Source: Candidatus Bathyarchaeia archaeon (lineage in GTDB: Archaea; Thermoproteota; Bathyarchaeia; Bathyarchaeales; Bathycorpusculaceae). From it: 64,000 nucleotides of DNA. The stretch covers positions 416,001 through 480,000 of the forward strand of contig JBEKSS010000001.1 in assembly GCA_049516875.1 (NCBI GenBank), given 5' to 3'. The stretch's first letter is position 1; each line of letters opens with the position of its first letter. The translations under genes were made by a program, and so were the position numbers. Shown here one piece after another: positions 27,920 through 38,005 of the stretch. A model generated the notes under the pieces. The model ran no database searches. It was not told where the DNA came from and saw only the letters and a program-made list of their open reading frames with translations.

Positions 27920-28295
27920 GTTGCCACGTGGCAAGTGTCCAACCGTTTGTCAAAAATGAGAAAATTCGCTGACGGTCAGTCAATAATGAAATTGCCGAAA
28001 AAGACTGTAACACGCCCACGTTTCTTGAAAAAATTTTATTACACCTTGCGGTTCCGAGTCCCCTCAGAAAATTCGAAAAAGGGAGGGGATTGAGGGATAT
28101 GGAACATTCGCGTTACAATGTGCGCAATTCATTAATCCTCATTAACAAATATTTAATGAGATGAATTTTTATATTTTCTCCGAAAATTGTGACTCGCCCC
28201 ACGTCATCATCAAAATCGAATTTCAGACATCCATGCTGAGCGTATCTGAATTGACCGATTTGAGCAGGACGGTTAGGCACTTGCCACATGGCAAC
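27920..28295. repeat. 27-bp inverted repeats flanking an AT-rich hairpin
   Basis: 27920-46 vs 28269-95 match at 24/27; CTCATTAA-N7-TTAATGAG at 28138-60. Confidence 0.75.
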
Positions 28296-28405
28296 CGCCC
28301 CACCGTTCAAAAATTCAACGATTTTTCTGGAGACGCCCTTCAACCCCACATCTCTTTCAGAAAAACCCCTCATACATCCCTTACTACCATGAAAAACAAC
28401 AGGGC

Positions 28406-28424
28406 CTCTAGGGTATCTGAGGCA
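28406..28424 (+). repeat. attR core, 19-bp direct repeat
   Basis: Identical to 12843-12861. Confidence 0.9.
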
Positions 28425-28456
28425 GAAAAAGATTCCAACACCTCAAGAAGCGCGCG

Positions 28457-28696
28457 TCATGAAATGACTTTGCTCTTAATGAGATACCATATGAGTACTA
28501 GGCCTATTATTAGCGAAACAAATCCGCCGGCGAAAGAAAAGAAGATGCCTCGCTTGAGAAAACTAGATGCTATATAAACCACGTAGGGCGCACCGAAAGT
28601 GAACAGTCCTGCGAGGATGATCAATAGTAATTTCCAATACTTTGAGTTCATCATTCCAGTTCGGGTCTCTTTAGTTTCTTTAGCCATGCATTTCAC
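28457..28696 (-). CDS. Small two-TM membrane protein
   Basis: Two hydrophobic helices; follows the PAC2 gene. Confidence 0.65.
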   Translation of the reverse strand: MKCMAKETKETRTGMMNSKYWKLLLIILAGLFTFGAPYVVYIASSFLKRGIFFSFAGGFVSLIIGLVLIWYLIKSKVIS

Positions 28697-28729
28697 ATTC
28701 CGACGGGTATCTAAATTTCACGTTTTCTC

Positions 28730-29374
28730 TTATAACCCTTCCTTCACTTCGTTGCCTAGGGCTTTCATTAAGAATTTGAACACGGAAAAACCAGCTCCGC
28801 GATCCGCCTTAAAACCCGTTGTTGCCCCCAACAGACATATGCCCTCCAACCCACGTTCCTTCGCAAGAGCCAACGTTAAACCTGTGGCCCCGACTATCCT
28901 GCCCTTGCTGTAGATCACTGCACCTTTTTCCATAAACTCCAAGGCAAGCCGAGGCGAAGTAGCTGCCACATACACCTGCGACTTTTCTTCGGTCATGGGC
29001 ACACCACCAACCGTTACAAGAAAACTGCAACCTTGTTTCTCAACAAAATCCAATGTTTCACCGCAGAGTGCGTAGTGGGCGGCAATATCGTCAAAAGAGG
29101 GCTGCGTGTCTCCAGTCATTATGATGAAATCGTTTTTCTCCATGGGCGCGGCATAAAACTCGTAGCGGGGCAAACGGCAAATTCCCTTTGAATTGACTGA
29201 AACATAATCAGGGAAATAAGGTGAATACAACTCCGCAAAGGGTTTTGCACTGCAGAATTTCAGCAAAAGATAAGCTGCAATCTTCCCGACGTTTCCGAAG
29301 CCAGGCAGACCCTGGACAAAAACTGGATTCTCGAGGACCGGACTGGAAATTCGACGAAAATAGGGCGTTTCCAA
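28730..29374 (-). CDS. PAC2/proteasome assembly chaperone family protein
   Basis: 'QGLPGFGNVGKIAA', 'TGDTQP', 'GRIVGATGL'. Confidence 0.88.
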   Translation of the reverse strand: METPYFRRISSPVLENPVFVQGLPGFGNVGKIAAYLLLKFCSAKPFAELYSPYFPDYVSVNSKGICRLPRYEFYAAPMEKNDFIIMTGDTQPSFDDIAAHYALCGETLDFVEKQGCSFLVTVGGVPMTEEKSQVYVAATSPRLALEFMEKGAVIYSKGRIVGATGLTLALAKERGLEGICLLGATTGFKADRGAGFSVFKFLMKALGNEVKEGL

Positions 29375-29667
29375 TCTAACTCACACCAACATCAATACGT
29401 AAACAGTGTAAGCCTAAAACGTTTCCTTCCCCACAATGGCCATCGCAAATTGCTGTTGATGCTCCCTAAACCCAAAGAGCTTGTCAAATCCCTCAACGAA
29501 ATAGAGGATTTCAGGAGTGAAGAATTCCAGAGCATCTGCCAAAAATAGTCATTTGATCTAAAACACAGAAACGCTTCTTGTATGTGTATGGTCATACACA
29601 CAAACCATTAACTCAACCCTGAAATCAAAATCGTTTGCCATAACAAGACACTGAAAAAGGAACGGAC

Positions 29668-29967
29668 ATGCAAGTGAGAAAACTAAGATACGAAATCTTG
29701 CTGGGGGTAGCTTTGATGTGCGTTTCTGTATTGTCAATAATTTGGGTTTACAGCATGGTTTATGCCGCGTCTGAAATTGGAACCATGGAACGCAAAGATA
29801 TGAAGCAATGGTCCCTGGTTCTCGTACTCCTGAGCGTAACCACCTTATTCATAGGAAGTGTAGGCGGATACCTCATCGGCAAATATCTGCATGTTCCACA
29901 CGGCCAATCGGAATTTTCAGGCATAACCAACCAAAATGCCGGTGCAGAAGCAAAACGACAACCCTAG
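29668..29967 (+). CDS. Small two-TM membrane protein
   Basis: Two hydrophobic segments. Confidence 0.6.
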   Translation: MQVRKLRYEILLGVALMCVSVLSIIWVYSMVYAASEIGTMERKDMKQWSLVLVLLSVTTLFIGSVGGYLIGKYLHVPHGQSEFSGITNQNAGAEAKRQP

Positions 29968-30160
29968 TATGGCCCTAGTCAAAACCGTGAGAAAGAGTAT
30001 TTCAACAAGCAACACTTGAATATCCCGAAGCCTCGTCTAAATCTCCCAGATGATCTAATCGTCTGCTATTCTCATCCTTCAACTTCGTACAATCAGAAAC
30101 CTCAATTCCTATCTGTAATTCATAACCGTTTTATGCGAACATCAGCTAGATCAATTCCTA

Positions 30161-31846
30161 TTGAATCTGCCTCGGGGACGTCTGTCGTTGCCGGCCAAGG
30201 ATTACGAAAGACTCCTACTTGATTCCATCGATGAAGCATTATCTTCAATGGAAGAAAACCTGAAGAAAGTGACTTATGCTCAATTGGAAAGCCTCGGCGT
30301 CCCAAAGTATGAAATTCCCCGCAATGTCGGAGCGTTCACAAGAGTCATTGAAACAGTTTTTGGGGCAGGCGCTGATGATATCAAGATCTTAATACTGAAG
30401 CGACTTTATGAAAAGAATGGATGGCCTTTCAGAAGGATAGAGTTTGATGAGCTAACATTTTCGGAACAGCTCGAGCGTGCGTGTGGGAGACTGTATTCGG
30501 AGATCATCAGCAATATACAGAGTCCTGTGGCCGTCTTTCATCTTGAAGATATTAGTCATCCAAGTTCGCTCAGGCTTATCGCTATTAACGCTAGTGGAGC
30601 AAGAACAACTGGAGTGAATGCAGAGAACACTATCGGAAAAACTATTATCGAAGTGTACCCCGAGATTTTCGGGACCGACGTCCAAAATACCATTGTGGAG
30701 GTAATTCGCTCAGGAAGGACAAAGAATCTGGGAAGGTTTCAACGCCGAACTGGGCACGATCTGGAGAACAATCTTTCTGCCACAGCTTTTCCGTTCTCGA
30801 GTAATTGCGTAGGTTTGGTTTTCAAGCAAGCCGCAGAGCGTGACGCAATCGACACAAAATCGACTGAGGACGAAAAGCGTTTCGAAGATGATACGTCAGG
30901 TGTAGGCGAGTGGAGATGGGAATCGGACACTTTGGGACGACAAATCTCCGCTGATCGATCACATGCACGAGAGAGGTGGACTCGGAAGGAGATTACACAC
31001 GAACCACACCGCGCCGACTATTTTTCGATAAGGGGAAAAGAATACTTAGAAAGCGGGAATTTGCTCAAGGCCAGAGAGTTCTTCCGACAAGCTGAAGACA
31101 TGTACCAAAGATCAAACGAAACTGAAGACGCATTTAAGAATGCATCCTTCCGCATTAGAACGTACATTTTTGAAGAAAAAATAGCCTTGCAAGAGTACTT
31201 TGAAGCTGTGGAGGAGTATGCTCATAAGTACGCAGATCTTTCTATGCATGAAAATTTCATAGAAAATCTTGCCTACTACCGACAATGGAAAGGTTACAAA
31301 TACGACGAAGAACACAGATTTGAGGATGCGAGAGCATCCTATGCAGAAGCAGAAGAAATGTTCTTGGCATTGAAGCAAAGGAACAGAGCACTCTTCAATG
31401 CATCTCGACGCGTTTTAACTTACAAGAGTGAGAATATGATGGAGATGTATGAAAAATGGGCGGAGGAGTTCTTCGACGAATACAGCGAATTCTCAGAAAC
31501 CAAATATTGCAAAGAAGTGCGTGCCTGCTATTACTCCTATAAGGCTGACAAGTCCAGCGACCCCCCTAAAACCATGGAGTTTCGAACCGAGGCTGAAAGA
31601 CTATTCTTGGAAATCAATCAGAGAGAACCAGCGTTTGAGAATGCATGCAAGCTTCTTGATTTGTACTGGGAGAACATCTCTTCCAAAGATGAACAACTAA
31701 CCCAAAGATGCTTAGATGCAACCGAAAGATTTCTCGGGAAATATATAGATTTCTCGGAACATGAATACTACCGAAAGAGAATGGCTGAGTATTACCTTTT
31801 GCAAGCTCGGACGCTTGCTTCACAGTTGAAGCAGGTCTTACGCTAG
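30161..31846 (+). CDS. Signal-transduction protein: helical N-domain, PAS domain, TPR-like repeats
   Basis: 'IDEALSSM...FGAGA..I' N-domain; PAS 'IAINASG...IGKTIIEVYP'; repeated 'AE..FL...R..AF.NA'. Confidence 0.65.
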   Translation: MNLPRGRLSLPAKDYERLLLDSIDEALSSMEENLKKVTYAQLESLGVPKYEIPRNVGAFTRVIETVFGAGADDIKILILKRLYEKNGWPFRRIEFDELTFSEQLERACGRLYSEIISNIQSPVAVFHLEDISHPSSLRLIAINASGARTTGVNAENTIGKTIIEVYPEIFGTDVQNTIVEVIRSGRTKNLGRFQRRTGHDLENNLSATAFPFSSNCVGLVFKQAAERDAIDTKSTEDEKRFEDDTSGVGEWRWESDTLGRQISADRSHARERWTRKEITHEPHRADYFSIRGKEYLESGNLLKAREFFRQAEDMYQRSNETEDAFKNASFRIRTYIFEEKIALQEYFEAVEEYAHKYADLSMHENFIENLAYYRQWKGYKYDEEHRFEDARASYAEAEEMFLALKQRNRALFNASRRVLTYKSENMMEMYEKWAEEFFDEYSEFSETKYCKEVRACYYSYKADKSSDPPKTMEFRTEAERLFLEINQREPAFENACKLLDLYWENISSKDEQLTQRCLDATERFLGKYIDFSEHEYYRKRMAEYYLLQARTLASQLKQVLR

Positions 31847-31894
31847 CTGAGCCTATAACCTGGATTTTTTCTGTCGATACAATCTCAATCGCGC

Positions 31895-33478
31895 TTATGG
31901 CGTTAGTATTTGCTGAAGATTTCCAAAGGCTCCGCCAAAGGATATATTCATAAGTGTTTGAGCACCAATCCACGCTGCACCGCTTAATAGAAGCAGGATT
32001 CCAGCGTACATGAGACTGGTGCCCCAGAACCCACCCCGAGCTTCCTTCAGAGCTAGTGAATTAAGAATAGTTGTAAGCAGGATTATGAAGACGTTTCCTA
32101 TGTTTATTACATCGGTTGGTATCGTCCCGAACGTGAAGTAAGGTACCGACGTTAGGGTCTGGGAGAAGTACTTGGTCAAGAAGGTTAAGATTGTCAGCAG
32201 AGCGACGGTGATGGGTTGAAGAAGATATGTCGTCGCTTCTATGCTCGAAGCCACTGCCGCTCTTTTCTTCCTAAACTCCAGATTCTTCACACAGTTGTTC
32301 CCCAAGATTTTGCCCACTTCCAAAAGATCAGCACCGTAGTTGAACGCGTCTAAGAACATCTTGTTCGTCATATAGACAGAATATGATGCAGCTTCTGAAG
32401 ACAACAGGCTCAAGGTCTTGGTGTTGTCTATACCAACCTTGACCCTTGCATAAGCCCGCCTCAACAAATCTTTGAGACGACCAAGTTCCAGGTACAGAAC
32501 GTAGGAAAGAGCATTCTGCAGACTTGATGACGATGACATGTTTTCGCCTAGACCCTTGATAAGCGTAGGATAGTTTTCATTGACTTTAACAACGAACGTT
32601 TCAAATCTGTAAGCAAAAAATCCCGGGAGCAGAAACGCTAAGCCGCATACGAAAAAGCCGTACGGGTAGCCGAATATTATGCTAACCAGCACCGCGGGCA
32701 CTATGCACGCAAAGGCAATCGGCAAAGTCACTTTGAAGCGCGTATACATTTTAGGCGGCATATTCTTGTCAATGTGGACAAGAACATCCTTAGGCACAAC
32801 AGCTCTAAGGCCGAGATACATCAATATAAGACATGCGGCTGCCACAAAGTATCCGAAATAGACAATGCTGGGCGCATTAGTGAAAACGACGAGTATGTCC
32901 AATATCAGGATTATGAATACTGAAACGCTTGAGAGCGTACTGTAGACACCGCCAAGCATGTCAATAGACTTTATCGCCCTTTCATAGTAACCGGAATACT
33001 CTTCAACCATCGTTGACGATTCTAACTCTAGGAAACTCTTGGGGCGTGTCGACGAAAAAGCTTGTTGACATCTGATTAAAACATCCTTGAATGGCGGCTT
33101 AGTTGTGTTCGCCATTTCAGACGTGGCCTTGGTAACTCCGTAACCGTATTCCTTTGCTAGTTTGCGGATTCCGCTGAAGACTTCACTGTAATAACCATAG
33201 TCCTTTGTTTCCGCAATGGTTTTGACAAGGTCATCTGGCGTAGTCTCACCGTGGGAAATTGAATACATATGAAGAAGTAATGTGACAAGCTGCTCGTCAA
33301 TCTTCGTGGGAATTTTCTTTCTGATGAAGAACAGCAGAAATACTAGAGTGCAAGCTACTGAATTTACTGCAATAAGGCTTACAATATCGCTCCTAGTAAA
33401 CAGGTACAGCGAGACTAGGACATTAATTACCAGAATTAGCCCTATCTGCTTTTTCAACGAGATTAGTCTGACAGCCAT
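31895..33478 (-). CDS. flaJ: Archaellum assembly membrane platform ArlJ/FlaJ
   Basis: Multi-pass protein with two T2SSF-like halves; directly after flaI. Confidence 0.85.
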   Translation of the reverse strand: MAVRLISLKKQIGLILVINVLVSLYLFTRSDIVSLIAVNSVACTLVFLLFFIRKKIPTKIDEQLVTLLLHMYSISHGETTPDDLVKTIAETKDYGYYSEVFSGIRKLAKEYGYGVTKATSEMANTTKPPFKDVLIRCQQAFSSTRPKSFLELESSTMVEEYSGYYERAIKSIDMLGGVYSTLSSVSVFIILILDILVVFTNAPSIVYFGYFVAAACLILMYLGLRAVVPKDVLVHIDKNMPPKMYTRFKVTLPIAFACIVPAVLVSIIFGYPYGFFVCGLAFLLPGFFAYRFETFVVKVNENYPTLIKGLGENMSSSSSLQNALSYVLYLELGRLKDLLRRAYARVKVGIDNTKTLSLLSSEAASYSVYMTNKMFLDAFNYGADLLEVGKILGNNCVKNLEFRKKRAAVASSIEATTYLLQPITVALLTILTFLTKYFSQTLTSVPYFTFGTIPTDVINIGNVFIILLTTILNSLALKEARGGFWGTSLMYAGILLLLSGAAWIGAQTLMNISFGGAFGNLQQILTP

Positions 33479-35202
33479 GTGAATTGTCCCTCTTTGACTT
33501 TTCTGTACACTTCTTCCACACCGACACTCTCAACTTCTATTACTGTATTCCATACATCTTTGAATCGAGGATGTTTGTCAGCCAGGGCCGTCAGTATCGC
33601 TGCACGCATTTTGAGCTCCTCATACAGCTCAGGAAGCCTTTCTGGAGGCCAGCCTCTGTAAGGAAGAATCTTTGCTTCCAAAAGAAAGCTTGTGCCTGAA
33701 AAGCGCAACAAGTCTTCGTCTGAATCGAAAGTGAAGATAGGCAGAAAGTTAAGCTGGCCTTCCTCTTGGTCGTAGTTTATGATCTCGTTAACAGAAGTTA
33801 CTCTTCTAACCAGTTTAAGTCCCCTCTTGATCCTATTCTGAAAAATAGCCACGTTCAGGCCGTTCATGTGGGACTTTGGAACGTCTATAGGGGATGAAGT
33901 CAATCTTTGAAAAAGCGTCTGCAGGTCTCCAGCGTGTATCGTGGACACCACTGGGTGACCGGTTTCGATAGCTTGAAAGGCTATCTGACCTTCCTCACCC
34001 CTAATCTCTCCCACAATTATCTGATCAGGCCTTTGCCTTAGAGCCGCCTTCAGTAGGTCAAACATGGTTACTTTGCTTCCGGTGTGCAGTCTAGTGACTT
34101 CTCTCACCCAGTTTCTATGAGCCAAGTTCACTTCAGGCGTTTCTTCAATGCTTACAATTTTTGCATCCGGCTTAATGAGCCCTACGAAGGCGTTCAGGCT
34201 TGTTGTCTTTCCTGACGCAGTTTCTCCGCACATGAAGAAAGAGATTCCCATCTCCAGAAGAATCCACATATAAGCCCCCAACTCAGCTGACATGGTTTTC
34301 CACTTTATACAGTGCGCCACCGAGATTGGTTCTTTTGGAAACTTTCGTATCGTGAAATTGCTCCCTTTGATGCTTATGTCCTCGCCAAAAACAATGTTGA
34401 ACCTAGACCCATCTTCCAGGTGTACGTCCAGAATGGGGTTAGTGTAGCTTAGAACTTTGCCGTGTCTTTCAGCCAATCCTCTCAACAAGCTTTCCCCATC
34501 TTCCAAAGAGATATTGGTGTTACTTTCAAGCGCGCCGAAGAACTTGTGATAGACGTATACGTGACCCGCTCCCGGCACACTTATGTCTTCAAGCCAAGGA
34601 TCTGCAAGGAAATCGTCAAGTACACCGTGACCCACCTTCTCCCTCAGAAAGTGGTATAGAACGTTCTTTTGCTTACCTGGAGGCAACTTCAGTGTTCTCT
34701 TCTTGACCGCTTCCTTGAACAGCTTCTCAATGAGCCTTTCCTTTTCCTTTGCACCTTCAGCAACGATTGTCTTTTCTGTTATTGCCTTTGCAATCGCGTC
34801 CTCAACCTGTTCGAGAATTTTTCTGGGCGGTTTCTCAGGCTCGATGATATTGTATTTACCGTATTCTCCTCCAAATTTTATATGAACAAACGCACCTAGC
34901 CCAATTGGATAGACGATATCCAAAACAAACGCTGCAGACATCAAATCAGAACCACTCCCAACCATACTCGGGTCAATAACATATTCTGGCGTGATCCCTG
35001 CAGCCTCAACGTACGATTTCAAATACGGATACTTCTCATAGGCCTCTTCGAGAGTCTTCGGTAGTTCCAAGTCGTATAAACTTACAAACTTTGCCTTTTC
35101 ATTCCTCTTTTTCTTGTCACTTTTGGGGACCTGGACTTGGATCGTTTCTTGACCCGCATTTTGATTAGGCTTAGTCTTTGAAGTGGAGAAAGGGAGTTTC
35201 AT
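33463..35202 (-). CDS. flaI: Archaellum ATPase ArlI/FlaI
   Basis: Walker A 'GETASGKTT', 'ALRQRPD.IIVGEIRG', 'TGH'. Confidence 0.92.
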   Translation of the reverse strand: MKLPFSTSKTKPNQNAGQETIQVQVPKSDKKKRNEKAKFVSLYDLELPKTLEEAYEKYPYLKSYVEAAGITPEYVIDPSMVGSGSDLMSAAFVLDIVYPIGLGAFVHIKFGGEYGKYNIIEPEKPPRKILEQVEDAIAKAITEKTIVAEGAKEKERLIEKLFKEAVKKRTLKLPPGKQKNVLYHFLREKVGHGVLDDFLADPWLEDISVPGAGHVYVYHKFFGALESNTNISLEDGESLLRGLAERHGKVLSYTNPILDVHLEDGSRFNIVFGEDISIKGSNFTIRKFPKEPISVAHCIKWKTMSAELGAYMWILLEMGISFFMCGETASGKTTSLNAFVGLIKPDAKIVSIEETPEVNLAHRNWVREVTRLHTGSKVTMFDLLKAALRQRPDQIIVGEIRGEEGQIAFQAIETGHPVVSTIHAGDLQTLFQRLTSSPIDVPKSHMNGLNVAIFQNRIKRGLKLVRRVTSVNEIINYDQEEGQLNFLPIFTFDSDEDLLRFSGTSFLLEAKILPYRGWPPERLPELYEELKMRAAILTALADKHPRFKDVWNTVIEVESVGVEEVYRKVKEGQFTWLSD

Positions 35203-35931
35203 TTAGATCTTTACACCACCAAGAGGCAGCACTCTTAAGCCGAGGTGCGGGTTGACTTCCAAACTCACTGATTCCTTCCGGTCACCACTGGTTCCCCACA
35301 GTTTGACGATTTTCAGCACTTTAACCTGGACACCTGCGACTTTAGCGTTCGAAATCCGAAAGTAGACATCTGATGAGGCTTTAAGCTTCATGCTGGAATT
35401 TTCCGGCAAGAAATTCGGATGGAAGGTTAGAATTATTGTTTTTCCAATCGAAACCAGATTCTTCATTCTTGTGATGAACGTTAGAAACACGTGTGGTGGA
35501 GTGTCAGCTGCTAACATGCTAAGGCTGTCGATGACAATGAAGTCATATCTTTTCTTGTACATCTCGAGAAAGTTTCTCGTAACCTTGAAGAACATCGATG
35601 ACAGAAACTGGCTCCATTTGCCTCCTTCGACATGTAATGCGAACACATCCAGCTTTGCACTTACGTAGTACGGATAAGGATCTATTTTTATTGATTTCAT
35701 CATCCCAAGATACTCTTTGGCCGTTGTCTCGCTCGTTATGACGCAAACCCTGAAGCCTGCTTTCAACGCAGAGTACACTATCTGCTGGGTGAGCGCAGTC
35801 TTTCCAGAGCCAAAATCCCCCTCAATCGACGCTAGGCAAGGATACGGAAAGCCTCCGCCTAGACTTTTGTCAAGATCCTTTATGCCTAATGATATTACAG
35901 TCATGTCTGAACTCCCTCTAACACTCTTCAA
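35203..35931 (-). CDS. flaH: Archaellum RecA/KaiC-like ATPase ArlH/FlaH
   Basis: 'LDKSLGGG', 'GDFGSGKT', 'IVIDSLS'; upstream of flaI. Confidence 0.9.
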   Translation of the reverse strand: MKSVRGSSDMTVISLGIKDLDKSLGGGFPYPCLASIEGDFGSGKTALTQQIVYSALKAGFRVCVITSETTAKEYLGMMKSIKIDPYPYYVSAKLDVFALHVEGGKWSQFLSSMFFKVTRNFLEMYKKRYDFIVIDSLSMLAADTPPHVFLTFITRMKNLVSIGKTIILTFHPNFLPENSSMKLKASSDVYFRISNAKVAGVQVKVLKIVKLWGTSGDRKESVSLEVNPHLGLRVLPLGGVKI

Positions 35932-36057
35932 CTATTATTCATGAACTCGAAGTCATATTGCAGGGCGATAAACGTTCGAACAGTCGAAACATCTCTCACA
36001 TCGCCACCTTCCACGCCCTTTTCGTGCCAGATTAGTTTCCTTTTCTTAGTCAGACTC

Positions 36058-36121
36058 CGACTTCAAATCCAGATTGTCAGTTCACAAGCTTCGACGAAAC
36101 AACTATTTGACCCTTCTGAAC
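36058..36121. promoter_or_regulatory. Copy 1 of a duplicated ~60-bp upstream element (before flaH)
   Basis: Near-identical to 40009-40068. Confidence 0.65.
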
Positions 36122-36141
36122 CACAAATACATATTAAAAAT

Positions 36142-37842
36142 TCAGATCGCGAGTTTTCTTCTCTTGCATGATGCTCTTATTCCAAATACAACCGCAAGTA
36201 ATGTCATCATGATGAACAACAATGGCGTTTGCAATGGGGAAAACTCCGGCACAACTGTATATACGTAGTATTGTCCTTGGTTGTCTGCAATTTTCTTGTT
36301 TCCAGCCTTGTCATACACGAGTATTCTGTACTCTACTTGAGTATTCGCTTGTTGTCCAGGAACACTGCACTCGTACAAACCCGTAGCAGGATTAAAGGAC
36401 ATTTGGAAGTCAAACCAGGAGCCGTTGCTGTTCATAGTGTATGACAATATTACATTTTTGACACCGCTTCCGGCATCGGTAGCGTTCACCAAGATTTTTG
36501 TTCCTTGCATGGGCTGAACTTCATTCTCAGGTATGCGCGATACATTTTCAATCACCGGAGCAGTCGTGTCAAGCATCGCGTTGGCCGAATACGTGTCAGA
36601 GACTAGTGCGGCATTGTCCATGAATTGGGCATAGACTGTTTTTGGTCCGTCACCAGATACGAGTGACCAGTTCCTTGAAGAATTGAAGGCGTCCCAATCA
36701 GACCATGTCATATTGTCATTGCTGAAATGCATTTGAGCAACACTCGAAACAGCGTCACTTGCGAAAAGCGTCAAGATGACCGACGTTGAGTTCACGTAGG
36801 TCAGATTTCCGCCAATAAATATGGAACCGGTGGGCGGAGTCCTGTCAAGCTTTATTCCAGTCAAGACGTTGTGAGGAAGTTCTTCGTTGCCTACATTGTC
36901 TACGCTCCAATATTCCAGCGTGTTGTTGGCGCTTTCCAGAGTGATTTGCGGTTGGTCGTTTGTGCTTACGTTTTGTGTTTGGCCGTTGTTGACTCGGTAG
37001 TAAGTTTCTGCTACACCTGATTCATTGTCGGTAGCCGTGAGCGTTATGGTGAAGTTTGAGGTGTGCCATTTTCCGTCATAGTCGTTGTTTGTGATTGGTG
37101 GGGTCGTGTCGTTTGCGACCGTAAAATTAGCTGAGTCTTCGATTGTCTGTCCGAGAATTGTTGTCTGTGCCGTAGCCGTGTACTGTCCGTATTGCTCGGG
37201 CAGATAGAACGTAATGATGAGCTGCCCCTGGGCATCTGTAAGGTTATTCTGCACTAGGATCGTAGTGCCGTTCGGAGCTGTGACCTGAAGCGACACGTTC
37301 ATTGAGGATATTGGCGCACTGTTATTCTGAATTGTAGCTGTAAGAGTTGCCTGTTCTGCCATGCTGTAGTTCTGTTTGTTGCTTTCTACGCGTATCTCAT
37401 AGGTGTCGATTCTGTACAATGTGACGTTGTAGATGTCTATGCTGTAGTATTCATAGTTTACCAAGGAGAAATACCATGTGCCTGTCGTTGGGATGGTGTA
37501 GTTTCTGTCGAGTACCGTTGCATTCTCTGACCAGTGGGCAGAAACGTTCAACCAATTAGAAGCATTGCTCTGAGCGTATTCCCACGAGTTCTGGCAGAAG
37601 AAGGAAATCTGTTCTGAAGCATTGAACACGATTCTGACATTCGATCCTGTGGCCAGTTCTGTGAACGGAGACCAAGCTTGTCTTGGTGGAATGGAGAATG
37701 AATAAAAGAAGAGCTGAGTTTCTATCGACGTTGCGTTCTTTGTCATGGCTAAGGACAAAGCAGACCCATGGGCTAACAATCCGGCAAACAATATCGCAAA
37801 AGTAGTAATAAGGGCTAGTGACTTCAGCAAATTTTCTACCAA
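36142..37842 (-). CDS. Surface glycoprotein with Ig-like repeats and PEF-CTERM-like anchor
   Basis: Signal peptide; many NxS/T sequons; 'DTTPP', 'YWSVDNVGNEE'; 'VVPEF', TM helix and basic tail. Confidence 0.8.
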   Translation of the reverse strand: MVENLLKSLALITTFAILFAGLLAHGSALSLAMTKNATSIETQLFFYSFSIPPRQAWSPFTELATGSNVRIVFNASEQISFFCQNSWEYAQSNASNWLNVSAHWSENATVLDRNYTIPTTGTWYFSLVNYEYYSIDIYNVTLYRIDTYEIRVESNKQNYSMAEQATLTATIQNNSAPISSMNVSLQVTAPNGTTILVQNNLTDAQGQLIITFYLPEQYGQYTATAQTTILGQTIEDSANFTVANDTTPPITNNDYDGKWHTSNFTITLTATDNESGVAETYYRVNNGQTQNVSTNDQPQITLESANNTLEYWSVDNVGNEELPHNVLTGIKLDRTPPTGSIFIGGNLTYVNSTSVILTLFASDAVSSVAQMHFSNDNMTWSDWDAFNSSRNWSLVSGDGPKTVYAQFMDNAALVSDTYSANAMLDTTAPVIENVSRIPENEVQPMQGTKILVNATDAGSGVKNVILSYTMNSNGSWFDFQMSFNPATGLYECSVPGQQANTQVEYRILVYDKAGNKKIADNQGQYYVYTVVPEFSPLQTPLLFIMMTLLAVVFGIRASCKRRKLAI

Positions 37843-38005
37843 GGTAGATTATCTCTGTCTACAAATATAGTTTACGAAGTGGGCCTTCGTTCTCTCAGAG
37901 GCGACCTAAGCCTAAGCCGAGAGAATAGGCCCATTCTTGCTCGTAGTACATGGCCTGTGCCGGAAGAGGAGGAAGGATCCGTTTTCGGGTTTGTCAATCG
38001 CACTG

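Larger units (their letters stand above)
12843..28424. mobile_element. Integrated ~15.6-kb MCM-encoding element (provirus, virus satellite or integrative plasmid)
   Basis: Direct-repeat ends, terminal integrase, divergent regulators, MCM-like helicase and orphan ORFs; housekeeping genes on both sides. Confidence 0.9.

Noticed and set aside
28385-28424. Second, chimeric C/D sRNA formed at attR
   Set aside because: No properly spaced C, D' or C' boxes on the element side of the core
28161-28577. 138-aa ORF spanning attR, and 27908-28093 ORF
   Set aside because: They cross the element boundary or repeat region, overlap a better gene on the other strand, and have no motifs
37879-37934. Hairpin GGGCCT..TTCTCTC / GAGAGAA..AGGCCC between flaF and the surface-protein gene
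   Set aside because: A single stem-loop with no family features; most simply an mRNA stability or termination element
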